Positions 57,652 to 71,108 of a DNA stretch of 124,000 nt are shown piece after piece (the first letter of the stretch is position 1; each line of letters starts with the position of its first letter). This DNA is from Octopus vulgaris (taxonomy: Eukaryota): NCBI GenBank assembly GCA_951406725.2, contig OX597819.1, positions 25,192,001-25,316,000 of the forward strand, read 5' to 3'. Made by a program: the position numbers and the translations under genes. The notes under the pieces are model-generated. The model did not search any database. It was not told where the DNA came from and saw only the letters and a program-made list of their open reading frames with translations.

Positions 57652-57855
57652 GTGTATATATATATATGCATATATATATATATACATATATATATAACAC
57701 ACACACACACACACACAAATATATATACACACACACACACACACACATATGTATACAACCCTCCTTCTTTCCTTCTTTCCCGAGCGTCCAATAATACTAT
57801 ATTTGTTCTACGTCCTCGTGTTGTGTTTTTTTTTTGTGCTTTCTTGTTTGTATTA

Positions 57856-57891
<36 letters not shown>

Positions 57892-57957
57892 AAGCGACAA
57901 GTTCGCCAAGAGGTAAAGTTCCTTCTTTTTAGTGTTTCCAAGTCCAAATTGAGAAAT

Positions 57958-58020
57958 TTTGAGCTGACGAAAGAAATGCTGATTTTATTTGGCTAATCTT
58001 GAAACGTTGACGTACTCAAA
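57958..58020 (+). ncRNA. Type-I hammerhead ribozyme, sense strand of semaphorin-5 intron
   Basis: TTTGAG-CTGACGA-AAGA..GCTGA.TTGGC..TCTT-GAA-ACG.TTGA.CGT-A-CTCAAA: perfect 6-bp stem I, full core, GUA triplet (cut after 58014). Confidence 0.8.
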
Positions 58021-58201
58021 CGATCTATGTACTTGTGATATTTTTCTGTATTTACCTCCAAACCTTCGTGAGCTGTCTGGAGTAAACATTATCTGAGAGA
58101 AATTTTCTTTAAGTAGTAGAAATGGCTAAAAAAATTTTTTTGGCTGCTATTTCTACTACGTCCAGTATGTGGCAAAGTAATTTATTTTACTAAGCCCTAA
58201 T

Positions 58202-58246
<45 letters not shown>

Positions 58247-58607
58247 CATACATGCATGTATACATACATACATATATATATATAAGTATATTGTGCTCAC
58301 ACACATTTTCTCTTTGTCATTCTGTAATTCTGTGTGTCTATCCTGCTTTCTCTTTCTCACTCACTTACTCACCCACTCACTCACTCTCTCACTCACTCAC
58401 ACACCCTATCTCTATGTATATGTATAGGGTGGGAGAGAGACAGAGAGAGGAAGAGATATTATAAAACTAAGATTAATTAAGTAATGCTGGTTTCAGAATA
58501 AGCAACACATACATTAACTATATTAAATATGAACTATCCCGCATCTGTCTAGCTATCTATTTGCATGTGTGTACGCATGTGCATATATGTATATGTATAT
58601 ATATCTA

Positions 58608-58638
<31 letters not shown>

Positions 58639-58658
58639 ATATATATATATATATATAT

Positions 58659-58735
<77 letters not shown>

Positions 58736-58857
58736 GTACACACACATATGTACATACATACACATACATAGATATATGTTTATTCATCTGTTTAAACACA
58801 CACACACACGTACACATGTTTGCATATGTAACTATATGAAACATATTTTCATTATAG

Positions 58858-59004
58858 ATTCTACAGGGAAAGTTCCGTGGTCCCTTTGGTCAGCTTGCCA
58901 AGCAGAAGGAATTCGTTATCGCTACAAAATCTGTGGGAAGAAGGCGAAACATTATGGACATTGTAATGGACATAATGTTGAAATTGTCCAGTGTTTTACA
59001 CCTG
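58858..59004 (+). CDS. SEMA5: Semaphorin-5-like exon, last (truncated-type) TSP1 repeat
   Basis: AG at 58856-57, GT at 59005; 147 nt, phase 1/1; DSTGKVPWSLWSACQAEGIRYRYKICGKK...HCNGHNVEIVQCF parallels SEMA5 TSP1-7 (WSEWSDWSECEASGVQVRARQC..CSGNTTESRPC). Confidence 0.9.
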
Positions 59005-59022
59005 GTTAGTATAAGTATATAT

Positions 59023-59069
<47 letters not shown>

Positions 59070-59164
59070 TATATATGAGAGATAATGGTGTCATTGAGAC
59101 TCAAAGGTGTCAATGCTCTAATATCTACACAGCCTTGGTTTTTTATCTTATTACTCAAAAAATT

Positions 59165-59201
<37 letters not shown>

Positions 59202-59229
59202 GAGAAAGAAGCAACAAGAATGGATTAGT

Positions 59230-59320
59230 TTTTAGTACAATTGTTTCATTCAAAGACAGGCTTTATTACAAGTTGCAAAAATTGCAGCAGATAAAAGTGT
59301 CCCGTACTCATCAGCTAAAA
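59230..59320 (-). ncRNA. Type-I hammerhead, long stem II family (stem II partly decayed)
   Basis: Minus: TTTTAG-CTGATGA-GTACGG...GAAT-GAA-ACAATTGT-A-CTAAAA; homologous to 83912-83999 including the downstream AATCCATTCTTGTTGCT. Confidence 0.72.
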
Positions 59321-59921
59321 TACATATGAGTTCTCCAAACATCTTAGTGAGTGAGGCTATACTCATGAAGTATTGGAGATAATTTCATTTAAGGCAGATT
59401 TAGGTTGCAAGCAGATTTCCAAAGTTCCTTAATGATGATGCACAGACTTATCACAGGTTCTTAAAAGCTTATTAGCTTCACAGAGAAGATGAAGATGAAT
59501 TAATCCGTAGTGTAGATTTAAATTTCCAGAGATATGAGGAGGATGATGCACAGACTTATCACAGGTTTATATATATATATCAGGCACGAGTTAGTTGATA
59601 AGAAGACACACGTTGGACGAAGCGCGGGCAAACGGTGGGCGTAACTCGGACTCTCTCTATTGCATTGAGCAGTCGTAGTAGATCGGAGTTATCGAAAAGC
59701 CGTCGTCTCAGCGGCGGCGAGTTCGTCGAGTTTCTACAACTTCTACAAAGAACTACACAGATGATTTGCTTAGAGTGATTAAATGTTTGTGCTGTACATA
59801 AGCTAAATTCCTTCATTAAATTTACATTGCCTGCATAAATGCACAGCGTGGTATGGTAAGAACATTAGACTAATACCGAAAAATACTTTGGGAATGAGAA
59901 CCCAGGTTCGAAATTCCTTAA

Positions 59922-59965
59922 GACACCCGATGAAGTATGGAGAGTATATCTGCCCGAAACGTGTT
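59922..59965 (+). ncRNA. Inactivated hammerhead motif
   Basis: ACAC-CCGATGA (U4 to C), damaged stem II and a deletion after GAAACGT; same family as 60984-61105. Confidence 0.5.
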
Positions 59966-60983
59966 AACAACAAACAAGATGAGGACAAATATCTGTCAAT
60001 TGTAAATAAAAGGTTCTGAGTTAGGTGAAGAATAAATAATATAATATAATATATATATCAAGGGTTGAACTGATAGAATACAACGAGAAAATTTTAGACG
60101 AAAGCAGAGCAAACGGAAAGCTAGACAAAAACTTAACGGACGGGGAAAATAAGCAAAGGCACGAAACATGGAATATTCGCAGCTGAGTTTTCCTCGTCAG
60201 TCAATGAGCCAAAATATCATCGTAGTTTCGCCCCACTATCATTGAGACCACTCAATCTTGAAGGCGCCAGTGCCGTTAATAAGCTACTGGTAAAAAGCTA
60301 GCGAATGTATACTGAGACAGAAACAAACAAAACATTATATAAATGCAAAAGTTATATAAATACAATAGTTATGTTATATTATTCTGTTAAGAACTTAGTA
60401 GAGTACAGCATAAAGCTCGTCCACCTTCATATTTCACCCTGTGCTATCCAGCAGTAGTATTATACGTACTTCCAGATTTCCGTTTGAGCTTCTGTAGGTG
60501 TGAACAGATAACTGAAAAAAATTGAAGTCAAATTATTTCTACACAACATAGTTCTCCAGGCGTGTAGGTACATGTATGTGTATGTATTTGTATGTGTATT
60601 AGCGCACAGATTTATTTACATTTTCTGTAAATCTGTCTAATATATTTAAAAACGTAAGGCAGCGATCTGGACAAAATGCTTAGTAGCATCTCGTCCCGTT
60701 TTACATTCTGTGTTCAAATTCTGCCAAGGTAGACTCTATCCCTCATTCTTTCGGGTTCGACAAAGTAAGTACCTGTTAAGCACTGGGGTCAATGAAATCG
60801 GCTTACCCCTCCCCGAACTTGCTGGCCTTGTGCCCAAATTTAAAACCAATATATTAAAAACGTACACACAAACATATATTTATATAAATATCTATATTTA
60901 AGAGATAAGGAATTATTACATTATATGCTTTATTTACATTATTTACATTCGACGGATATTTGTCCTCATCTTGTTTTGTTGTT

Positions 60984-61029
60984 AACACAACGTTTCGGCT
61001 GATATATCCTCCAGCCTTCTTCAGGTGTC
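60984..61029 (-). ncRNA. Minimal hammerhead (intact core), left arm of a 218-bp palindrome
   Basis: Minus: GACAC-CTGAAGA-A-GGCTG..CAGCC-GAA-ACGT-T-GTGTT. Confidence 0.7.
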
Positions 61030-61059
61030 TTGGGAAACCCAGGTTCGAAATTTCCCCAA

Positions 61060-61105
61060 GACACCCGTTGAAGGCTGGAGGGTATATCAGCCGAAACGTT
61101 GTGTT
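61060..61105 (+). ncRNA. Hammerhead with mutated core, right arm of the palindrome
   Basis: GACAC-CCGTTGA-A-GGCTG..CAGCC-GAAACGT-T-GTGTT (U4C and A6U). Confidence 0.55.
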
Positions 61106-61377
61106 AACAACAAACAAGATGAGGACAAATATCCGTCGAATGTAAATAATGTATATATTTATATATTTACATACATCAGGCTTCCGTCTCCTAAATCCAC
61201 TCACATGGCCTTGGTTGGCCTAAGCTGTAATAAAAGATTCTAGCCGATGGTGTCACGCAGTAGGATTGAACTGTGAACCATGTGGTTTGGGAGGCAAACA
61301 TTTTACCACACAACCACGCCTGTGCCTCAGTTTGGTTAATTATTTTTCATCCTGTCTTATTTTTATCTTTTTACCAG

Positions 61378-61775
61378 AATATGACACCAGTTATGTAACG
61401 AGCAGCCACTACCCATCCTTCGCACTGATCCACCTAATTGCCGTGGCTGTAATAGGTTTCACTATAGGAGCTCTATTGACCGGCACCATACTGCATCATA
61501 TCCACAAGTGCCAGACCAGTCGAAAAGTGCGCATTACCAAACAAAAGAACGAAAAAGCCCAATGTAATATCAATCACGCGCCTTTCACATTATCATCATC
61601 ATCGTTGTCACAAGCCAGTCTCGTCTATCTGAACAATGCCCCATCATGTCAACCCATAATGCTCCCGCCGCCGCCACCAATCTCCAATAATATCAATGAG
61701 CTGAACATCAATGAGTTTTCAACGCTGAAGAGAAACTGTGACCTGAGGACTAATTTGGCACTGAATGACCTTTGA
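61378..61775 (+). CDS. SEMA5: Semaphorin-5-like terminal exon: transmembrane helix and cytoplasmic tail, stop TGA
   Basis: AG at 61376-77, phase 1; FALIHLIAVAVIGFTIGALLTGTIL resembles the SEMA5 TM (F..FHMIAVG); tail has LPPPPP and ends LRTNLALNDL*. Confidence 0.9.
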
Positions 61776-61925
61776 TCACATGACTAAGTTGTGGTTATGG
61801 GGACAGTGGTAGCGATGGTAATGCTGTGTGTGTGTGTGTGTGATAGTGCCGTTGGTGTCGCGAATACAAAGATAATTGATATAACACAGGGAGAGTGAGT
61901 GAGCGATAGAGTGAGAGAAAGAGAA

Positions 61926-61995
<70 letters not shown>

Positions 61996-62916
61996 TAAAA
62001 CGAAAACGGGAGAGGGTGACTGAATTTGTAAAAGTATTTATATGAAATTAAATGAAAAATAAAGGAAAAAAAAAAAAAGGGAGAGAGAGGGAGAGAGAAT
62101 GGGTAGACAGAGACAAAGAAGGTAGAAAGAGTCGATAAAAGAGAAAAAGAAAACTAAGGGAGCACTTTTCATTGTATAATGCATTATATACATGAACACG
62201 GACAAATGTGTGTGTCTGTGTGTGTACGTGTGTTTGTGAGTATGTGTGTGTGTGTACGTGTGTTTGTGTGTGCGTGTGTATACTCTTCCAGCATGAAGTT
62301 GCATTGAACTCTTTTATGCTTTTGTATCACATGAGCAAAAACCACACACAGATACACACACGACCACACACACACACACACATACACACACACATACATA
62401 CATGCACACACATGCAGACGCGCACACATGCCTCACTCACATAATTTTGTGCATTTACTCAGTGTGTAAATTGATCACTACTTCAACAAGTGTAACGGAG
62501 TCCATGTTTCACTGACGAGGTCATTAGACCGAAACATTCCTAGAGTTATCTCCCATACCTGTCAGACGATATTAGTAATTTACTAAAATCGTATTTCTTT
62601 CGAATCAGCTCAATAATCCTCCACCCATTAAATATGTTTCTAATAACTTAACTACAAGTAACATTTTATTCTTTTAGCCGTTGCTTGTTTCAGTCATTGG
62701 ACTACGACTACAGCGGGGCGCCGTCTCAAAGCGTTTTAGTCCAAGATATTGACTCCTACTCCAGTATTTATCTTAAAGCCTGGTACATATAGTATTGGCC
62801 AGTTTTACCGAACCGCAAAGTTGGGGCAACTTAAACAAACCAACACCTGTTATCAACCAGAACAAACACATAGGTGCCATGCAGTGGGACTGAACCCACA
62901 AATGTATATAAACATG

Positions 62917-62991
<75 letters not shown>

Positions 62992-64274
62992 GTGTGTGTG
63001 TGTGTGTGTACGTATATATCTATGTGTGTATATATACGTATGTTTGTGTATGTGTACGTACGACGAGCATCTTTCAGTTTCCGTCTACTAAATCCACTCA
63101 CAAGACTTTGATCGAACCGGGGCTATAGTAGAAGACATTTGCCCCAGGTGCCACGCAGTGGAACTGAACCCAAGATCATATGATTAGGATGCAAGCTTCT
63201 AACTATATAGACATGCCCGCGCTTATAAATTTCAAACTGGAAGAAGCTGTTGTGGTATGGAGTAGAAGGACGGCGTATCTTTTTGGCTAAAACGCTGTCT
63301 TGTAGAGAGCGATGCTTCTGATGGCATCCAAATAAAATAAAAATAAAAACAAACATCTCTTCATTTAGTCCCATAATCAGAAAACATCTCTTTCCTACCC
63401 ATATGCAAACTAATACAGTTCTCTCACAGCTGTTTTGCTGTATCTTTCTACCCGTGTCTCTCTTTCCTTCTCTCCTCCATCTCTCTGTCTCTCCTTCACC
63501 TCCCTGACTTTCTCTCTCTTTCTGTTCCTCTCTCTGACGAAAGTTTCTTCTTGGAAAGTCAGTCTTTTTCTTTGCTGAAAGAGAAAATCAATCTATTCCT
63601 TTGAAGTGTTTATAATCTCTAATTACCGACACAGTCTATCACTGTTTACCTCCGATCTTACTGTTTACTTACTTGATATAATTTCACATCTCTCATACTT
63701 TCTGTCTCTCCGTATTATTGCATTAGTGTCCTGTTATTATTTGACAATCAAACAAAATCTTCATTAACTTTAATAAAAATCGTTGTCATTGAAAGCGAAA
63801 TGAAAGAAAAAAAAAATTAAAGAAAGAACATAAAATCCCACATCAGCGTCCCAAAATAATGGGAATAGGGAAAATAAATGCGTATGTAGAGAGTTAATCT
63901 ATGAATAAACTAAAACACACACAAATACAGCGCTATTAATAATTATCTATCTACCTATTCACTTAAATTCGCACGTGTGTACATGTATATGTGTGCGTGT
64001 GTGTGTGTGTGTTTAACTGGATGACAGAGTACTTAGCATCAGAAAGGGAGATAATGAACTCCTTCAAAGAATTTATGTTAATTAAGACAACAATTATAAA
64101 ACCAGAATTAGAATCTCAAAGAACGCTTGGATGAATAATTGTGGACTTTCGTCGGCATGAAACCTTAGGTTTTATGAGATTATTAAGATCCATTACAAAA
64201 ACCACACACACACTCATGCACATATATATATCTGTATCTATGTATGTGTGTACGTGTGTATGTATATGTATGTT

Positions 64275-64306
<32 letters not shown>

Positions 64307-64418
64307 TACACATATGTGTCTATGCATGTGTGTCTCTATGTGTATTTGAGAATAAACTGAAGTAATTTCTGAAATATTCTGTAACATGGAGATCTTTAGA
64401 AGCAAGATTCAACGTGTA

Positions 64419-64461
<43 letters not shown>

Positions 64462-65791
64462 AATAAAATATATGTATGTATGTGAATGTGCATGCGTTAA
64501 CAAATTGGGAAGCAAATATTGCGTCTTTGTTTGTGGCAATACTGTTTTCAGAGCTGTCTCCTGTATCAAGTAAGACGTTGGCGAAGTTAGACAAGATCCT
64601 TGTAGATAAGGAGCCAGAATGCAAGGCTTCAGATGGGAATAAATGTCAACTTACAGACTATATGATGCACAAGAGAAGGCATCTTTTCCTTTCTTGCCAC
64701 AAATTTGGTTGTGGATAGTCCTCTCAACATAAAAAAAAAAAAAAAAACAGAAATCAATATATGTGGGCGAAAATATCCAGAACAAATTTATGAAACCAAT
64801 TCTTTCAAGAAGAAATATTTCGTAATTATCTCCCTTGCCAACATTCATCTGAGAGAACATTTAACAGTAAAAAAACAATCAACAATAACAACAATCAATC
64901 GTACAAAGAAGACCTGCTATGTCTTTCTTTTATATAGTTTTTATTTTTTTTTTATAATATTTTTATAGTCATTTCGCCTTGGGCCACAACAGTTCGTTCA
65001 GTTGTACGTCGGCAATTTCCGGTATCTGGGTCCAAGTTCATTATAATGTTTATTTCCATGGACTTTTTCATATGACCCTCATTTGTTTCTTTTTTTTTTT
65101 TTAATAAATATCGTTTTTTTTTGCATTTGTTTTGTTGATTTGGTGATATAGGGCGAGAGCGATAGAAAACATTAGTTTTAAAACTGATGTTTAATCAACT
65201 CAAAGAAGCAACGTTGAGGTTGTTTAGTCTGACGCGTTTACTAGTCAGCCAGCACCCGGTGTCTGCTTAAGAAACCATTACATTTTGTATTATCTACATT
65301 GTTATAAAATTTATAAATACATACATAAATAAATAATAAATGAATAAATAAAAATATGTAATTAAATACACGTCTGTATTTATTTTATTTTTGCATATCT
65401 TTTACTGATTTCAGTCATTGGAGAACAGCTATGCTAGTGAAGTCCTTTGATTCCTGTTTTACTCTACAGGACTCCCTATAGCCATTTGATGTTTAAATAG
65501 AATCCTACTGCATTTTTATAATTAAAGGAATTGTATAAAAGAATGGTTAAAATGTTTTGTGTTTGTAAGAAGTATTATTAATTTGATGCACATAACTTTT
65601 AACAACAAAATCTTATATGGACACCCAAGGATCATATGGACCCCAAAGGGTCATATGCCCTCCCCCCACCAAGGGCTATTTGGTCTCCAGTTGAGAACCA
65701 CTGGTTTCGACTATCCTATCGACCTATTACATATTTCAATCTGGTTCTTAGTTGATAGACTTCTGACAACCGGGCACAAGTCGACACTTGT

Positions 65792-65853
<62 letters not shown>

Positions 65854-66583
65854 GAGGGTGTGATGAAGATGAATAAACTGTCGTCTAAATTACGCAAAAA
65901 TGAAAATAATACTGACGTCTTATTTTAACAAATATATTTACCAAAATTACATAAAAATATCTTGAAATTCTAATGAGTAAATTTATTCAATAAAACTGCC
66001 ATTGACTTCAACCACGGCCTCCAGACGACTTCGGAATCTCCTTCAAATCTTCTGGACCGTCTCCCTGTTTAAGTTGATGAATGCTGCCATAATCCTTGCC
66101 TTCAGTTCATCTTAGCTTTATTTGCTTCGAGATTCGTTGTTCCAAATAGCTTTATTTGCTTCGAGATTCGTTGTTCCAAAATGAATTATTTCACTTTCAC
66201 GAAATTTCTAAATTCCTATGATATACCAACAATATATACCTTTTAGGAGTTCCGGTCATTTGAATTAAGATATGCTGGGATACCAACTAGAAGTGATTTT
66301 CTTTTAAGATCATCGTTTCCATCTTGTCTTTATTTCTATATACTCTTCACTCTCTTTTACTCTTTTACTTGTTTCAATCATTTGACTGCAGCCATGCTGG
66401 AGCACCGCCTTTAGTCGAGCAAATCGACCCCAGGACTTTATTCTTTGTAGGCCTAGTACTTATTCTATCGGTCTCTTTTGCCGAACCGCTAAGTTACGGG
66501 AACGTAAACACACCAGCATCGGTTGTCAAGCGATGTTGGGGGGGGGGGAAACACAGACACACAAACACACACACACACACACA

Positions 66584-66629
<46 letters not shown>

Positions 66630-68326
66630 CGCATACACACACATATATACATATATACGACGGACTTCTTTCAGTTTTCGTCTACCAAATCCACTCACAA
66701 GGCTTTGGTCGGTCCGAGGCTATAGTAGAAGACACTTGCCCAAAGTGCCACGCAGTGGGACTGAACCCGGAACCATGTGGTTGGTAAGCAAGCTACTTAC
66801 CACACAGCCACTCCTGAATATTGATAATTATTTTATCGATCATTTGTTCCAATAACTAAATTATACAACACCGATTTACACATACATACATACATACATA
66901 CATACATACATACATACATACATACATACATACATACATTTTCAAACATGCGTACACATAATGTAAGCAAATAGGCTTCAGCACAGTTTTGCTCACCCTA
67001 AGTATACATACAGAGAACATGATGTCGTGCAGTGGCATTGTATCTGAAAACCACAAGATTGCTTAAACACATCAATTAATTTATGTTCGTCGTAGCTTTT
67101 CTTGTAAGAATGAAAGGCAATACAGAATACAAATGAATAATGGGATGGAATGCAAAAGAAATAATGTAAATATTCTCTAGAATCTTCATATTTTGTTTTC
67201 TTTTCATATTCCTATATCGAAAAGAATGTATATATTACTAAAGCAGAGTTTAAATAATATGCACCTGCTCGTATCGTTTATCAATAACGTTTACTGATGC
67301 TACACACTCGCTTACACACATATATACACACACACAGCAGACACACGTATACTCTAACACGTTCACATTTTCACTCATGCCTACACATACACACACACAC
67401 ACACACACACATACATGTGCTCACACATTTTCTCAAGCACAAATATATGCACATACACAACTATTAAAATGTTTAACAAAAGCCATCTTAATACTGATGA
67501 ATATTCTTTGTACACATTGTCAACAATTATTGACGTAGGAGTGGCTGTGTGGTAAGTAGCTTGCTTACCAACCACATGGTTCCAGGTTCAGTCCCACTGC
67601 GTGGCACCTTGGGCAAGTGTCTTCTACTATAGCCTTGAGCCGACCAAAGCCTTGCGAGTGGATTTGGTAGACGGAAACTGAAAGAAGCACGTCGTACATA
67701 TGTATAAATATATAAGTATGTGTTTGTATGTCTGTGTTTGTCCCCTCCCCAATATCACTTGACAACCGATGCTGGCGTGTTTACGTCCCCGTAACTTAGC
67801 GGTTCGGCGAATAAGTACCGATAGAATAAGTACTGGGCTTACAAAGAATAAGTTTTTGGGTCGATTTGCTCGACTAAAGGCGGTGCTCCAGCATGGCCAC
67901 AGTCAAATGACTGAAACAAGCAACAAGAGTAAAAGAGTAAAGCCACAAACGTACACATGACCGCCTATGATAACTGGTACTTATCAATTCCTGCAGCCTG
68001 TTCGAATTGTTACCGTAGCGGATAAAATGTTTAGCAGCATCTCTTTCGACTTTGATTCTTTCTGAGTTTAACTGCCACTAAGGTCGACTTTTGCCTTTCA
68101 TCCTTTCGGGGTCCATAAAATAAGTACCAGCTGAACACCGGAACTGATGTAATTGACCTCCTCCTCCTCCTCCTCCTCCTCCTACCTCAAAATTGCGGGC
68201 CTTGTGCTAAAATTAGAAAGAGCTATCGATTTCCCAAGGGACATGCAAAGCAATTTCAAACATGAGGAGATCGGGGCTGAAAGAGTAAAGAGACAATCAT
68301 ACACACACACACGCACGCGCGCACAC

Positions 68327-68362
<36 letters not shown>

Positions 68363-68864
68363 GTACCCGCCAACACGCCCGCCAGCACGCCGCACGCCCA
68401 CACGACTACCCACCCGCCCGACCGCCCACACGACCGCCTGACCGCTCGACCACCCACCCACACACACACACACACGCACACGAGCATACACATACATTGC
68501 TGCGTTACTTAATGTCGTATTTCGTCTACCGTTACGTTCCGAGTTCAAATTCTGCCGAGGTCGACTTTGCGTTTCATCCTTTCGGGGTCGATAAATTAAG
68601 TACCAGTTGCGCACTGGGGTCGATATAATCGACTTAAATTCGTTTGTCTGTTCTTGTTTGTCCCCTCTATGTTTAGCCCCTTGTGGGTAGTAAAGAAACA
68701 TATATACTCTACGTTACTTAATGTCGCAGGAGCGATAAAAGTGTACGCAATACATATCACAGAGGATATAGTTTTTTTCGTAAATTATAACTGAAGCTGA
68801 GAGTTTACCTGATCCCACGCCCGCGCGCACACAAACACCCGCACGCACGCACGCACACACGCAG

Positions 68865-68902
<38 letters not shown>

Positions 68903-69715
68903 GCACACATAGCACCAAAATTGTGAAACCTTTGAAACGCGTACTCTATAGATGTGCGACCGATAGTGTTTACAATATTCGAGTTGCTTTTAATTCGAAA
69001 TTCAGCAACTTGGAAGCTTGGTTGGTTGGCCGGTTCGAGAATGGGAGTCTTGGTAGTCGGTCTTCTATGACAATTGAGTGTCCGCGCTAAGCTCGGCATC
69101 AATATGGTGCTGAAGAGGGAGCTCATCAGGACCAGGTTGTCTAAGGAGGGTCGCTTCGGCCCAGGGCGGATACGCAACAGGCAAAAGACTCTGTGTCGAG
69201 CTGTAGTGGGATCGCGCCTGTAAATAGTCGTCGGCTGGCAGCCTATCCGATATAATTGAACTCCAACCTTTTTAGAAAGAGCCAAAAAAAAGAAAAAGGC
69301 GGTGCTCCATCATGGCCACAGTCAAATGAATGAAACAAGTAAAAGAGTAAAAGAGTAAAAGAGTATGTGCCACGCTACAGCATATCAGCGAACAGACTTC
69401 ACAGTATAGGCATATATGTCGTAGACCGGTGATTCAGTACGTTTCGAGGTGAACCGAGTAAATGATGCTGAAGAGCGGTAACGATAGCGAAATATCGATA
69501 CCTGTCATTCTAGTTTATATCGAGTGCGTTGTCTCGTCACCTCGGCGTCGAGTCGGGAGCTTTTCCAAGATGCTATACCATAGCATATAGGTGTATAAAC
69601 AAAACATATACACTATGTATAATGTACACATATGCACGCACGCACGCACGCACGCTTGCACAGATGAATACGCGCCCGCATATAGACACACGCACATACA
69701 CACACATGCACACGT

Positions 69716-69762
<47 letters not shown>

Positions 69763-69767
<5 letters not shown>

Positions 69768-69985
69768 TTACGATTGGTTGCAGAAAAGTTCCTGGCTTTG
69801 TGTAAAAGAAAATACAGGAGGATCCATTAATTATGATTTTATCCAACATATTCCCCTCTCAGATTCACACACTTGTTGCGGTGGTTCTTCAGTTCTTTTA
69901 GGCACTGTAAATGAACTCGGAAGGTTGGGCCTCCAACCAGGCCTTTCGCAACACCTTTAAAGCCAGGAACTTTTCAGCAGCCCCT
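69763..69985. mobile_element. Short mariner-derived MITE
   Basis: Termini GCAGAAAAGTTCCTGG / CCAGGAACTTTTCAGCAGCC; reverse-oriented copy at 80146-80352. Confidence 0.65.
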
Positions 69986-70289
69986 TGTGTTTATTTGTTA
70001 TATGCGTCGTGGGTATGACATCAAACTGCATCCCGTGAGGAGGTTCCTCTTAGGATATATAAACATGTATACGTATGTGTACGTATATATCTTTCAGTTT
70101 TCGTCTACCAAATCCACTCACAAGGCTTTGGTCGGGCCGAGGCTATAGTAGAAGACACTTGCCCAAAGTGCCACGCAGTGGGACTGAACCCTGAACCATG
70201 TGGTTGGTAAGCAAGCTACTTACCACACAGCCACTCTGGAGTTGTAGGGAGCGTGGACTTGTCTCTTAATTATTACTGTACTCGGATCT

Positions 70290-70520
70290 GTTCTCACCCG
70301 GAAAGGTAGTTCCAATCAGGTTTCCAACTATGGAATAAATAGATTTCCAAGAGGTAGAAGAGGTTTCCGTTACTTTTGACAAAGCCATGGGGAAGGCAGC
70401 TCTTTTTGGAGAAAGATACACCGACATAAAACTTGTAATCAAAAGAGTACCAGTCATCTTGCAATACTTGTCACTGGAATCCATAATAGCAGCCGAGAGA
70501 GTGGCAGAAGTATTGTACAA
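70290..70520 (+). mobile_element. Probable LINE ORF1 remnant (tentative; similar remnant at 69000-69270)
   Basis: Higher-GC, stop-interrupted reading ...TDIKLVIKRVPVILQYLSLESIIAA; only loose similarity to the Tx1-like ORF1 at 91.5 kb. Confidence 0.3.
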
Positions 70521-71108
70521 GCTTTTGTCACTTATTCAATGATGCACAGATGTCTCACTATCATTTCATTTCTTGATCCGTTTGTATTTTATAACGTGCA
70601 AAACAACCCCCGTCCAATGGACGGTGCTGAGCTGTCAAACATTTAAACCAAATTTTCTCAAAACAACTTGTCCGACCGTCCCATAGGCCTCCCCTTTAAG
70701 AAACACTGATTTAACCTAAATTTGAGACACCAACAAAAGAAGAAATAAAGATAGACTTTTTTCTATTCCAAAGAAAAGCGATTTTATTCACACAAATATG
70801 CAACTGAAGAGTTTAAAGTACCAGTAATGATAAGGCTGTTGACTGAGAGAACACAAACATGGTTTAAACAGTAAGCTTGGCAGGAAAGAAACGCGACTTT
70901 AAGCAGTACAAAAACAACAAAAAATGGAAGGTTCAGTTATGTACAGGTTGACGGAAGAAAAGCAGGACAAAAATGGGATGGAGGATGCCCGAGATCCTAG
71001 AAGACAGACAGACAGACAGACAGACAGAACGGATTTTATATAATAGATATATTACGGAGATGTACTTGCATAGGAAGTGACTTCTTCCGAGATCGTGTGC
71101 TGAAGATG

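Noticed and set aside
57155-57748. Minus-strand ORF with a hydrophobic stretch as a membrane-protein exon
   Set aside because: Starts in microsatellite, no convincing splice sites; better explained as a decayed LINE endonuclease.
64476-64718. 80-aa ORF downstream of Sema5
   Set aside because: No recognisable motif or exon boundaries.
69100-69150. CTGAAGA(+) and CTGATGA(-) with paired flanks
   Set aside because: No GAAA after the putative stem II on either strand.
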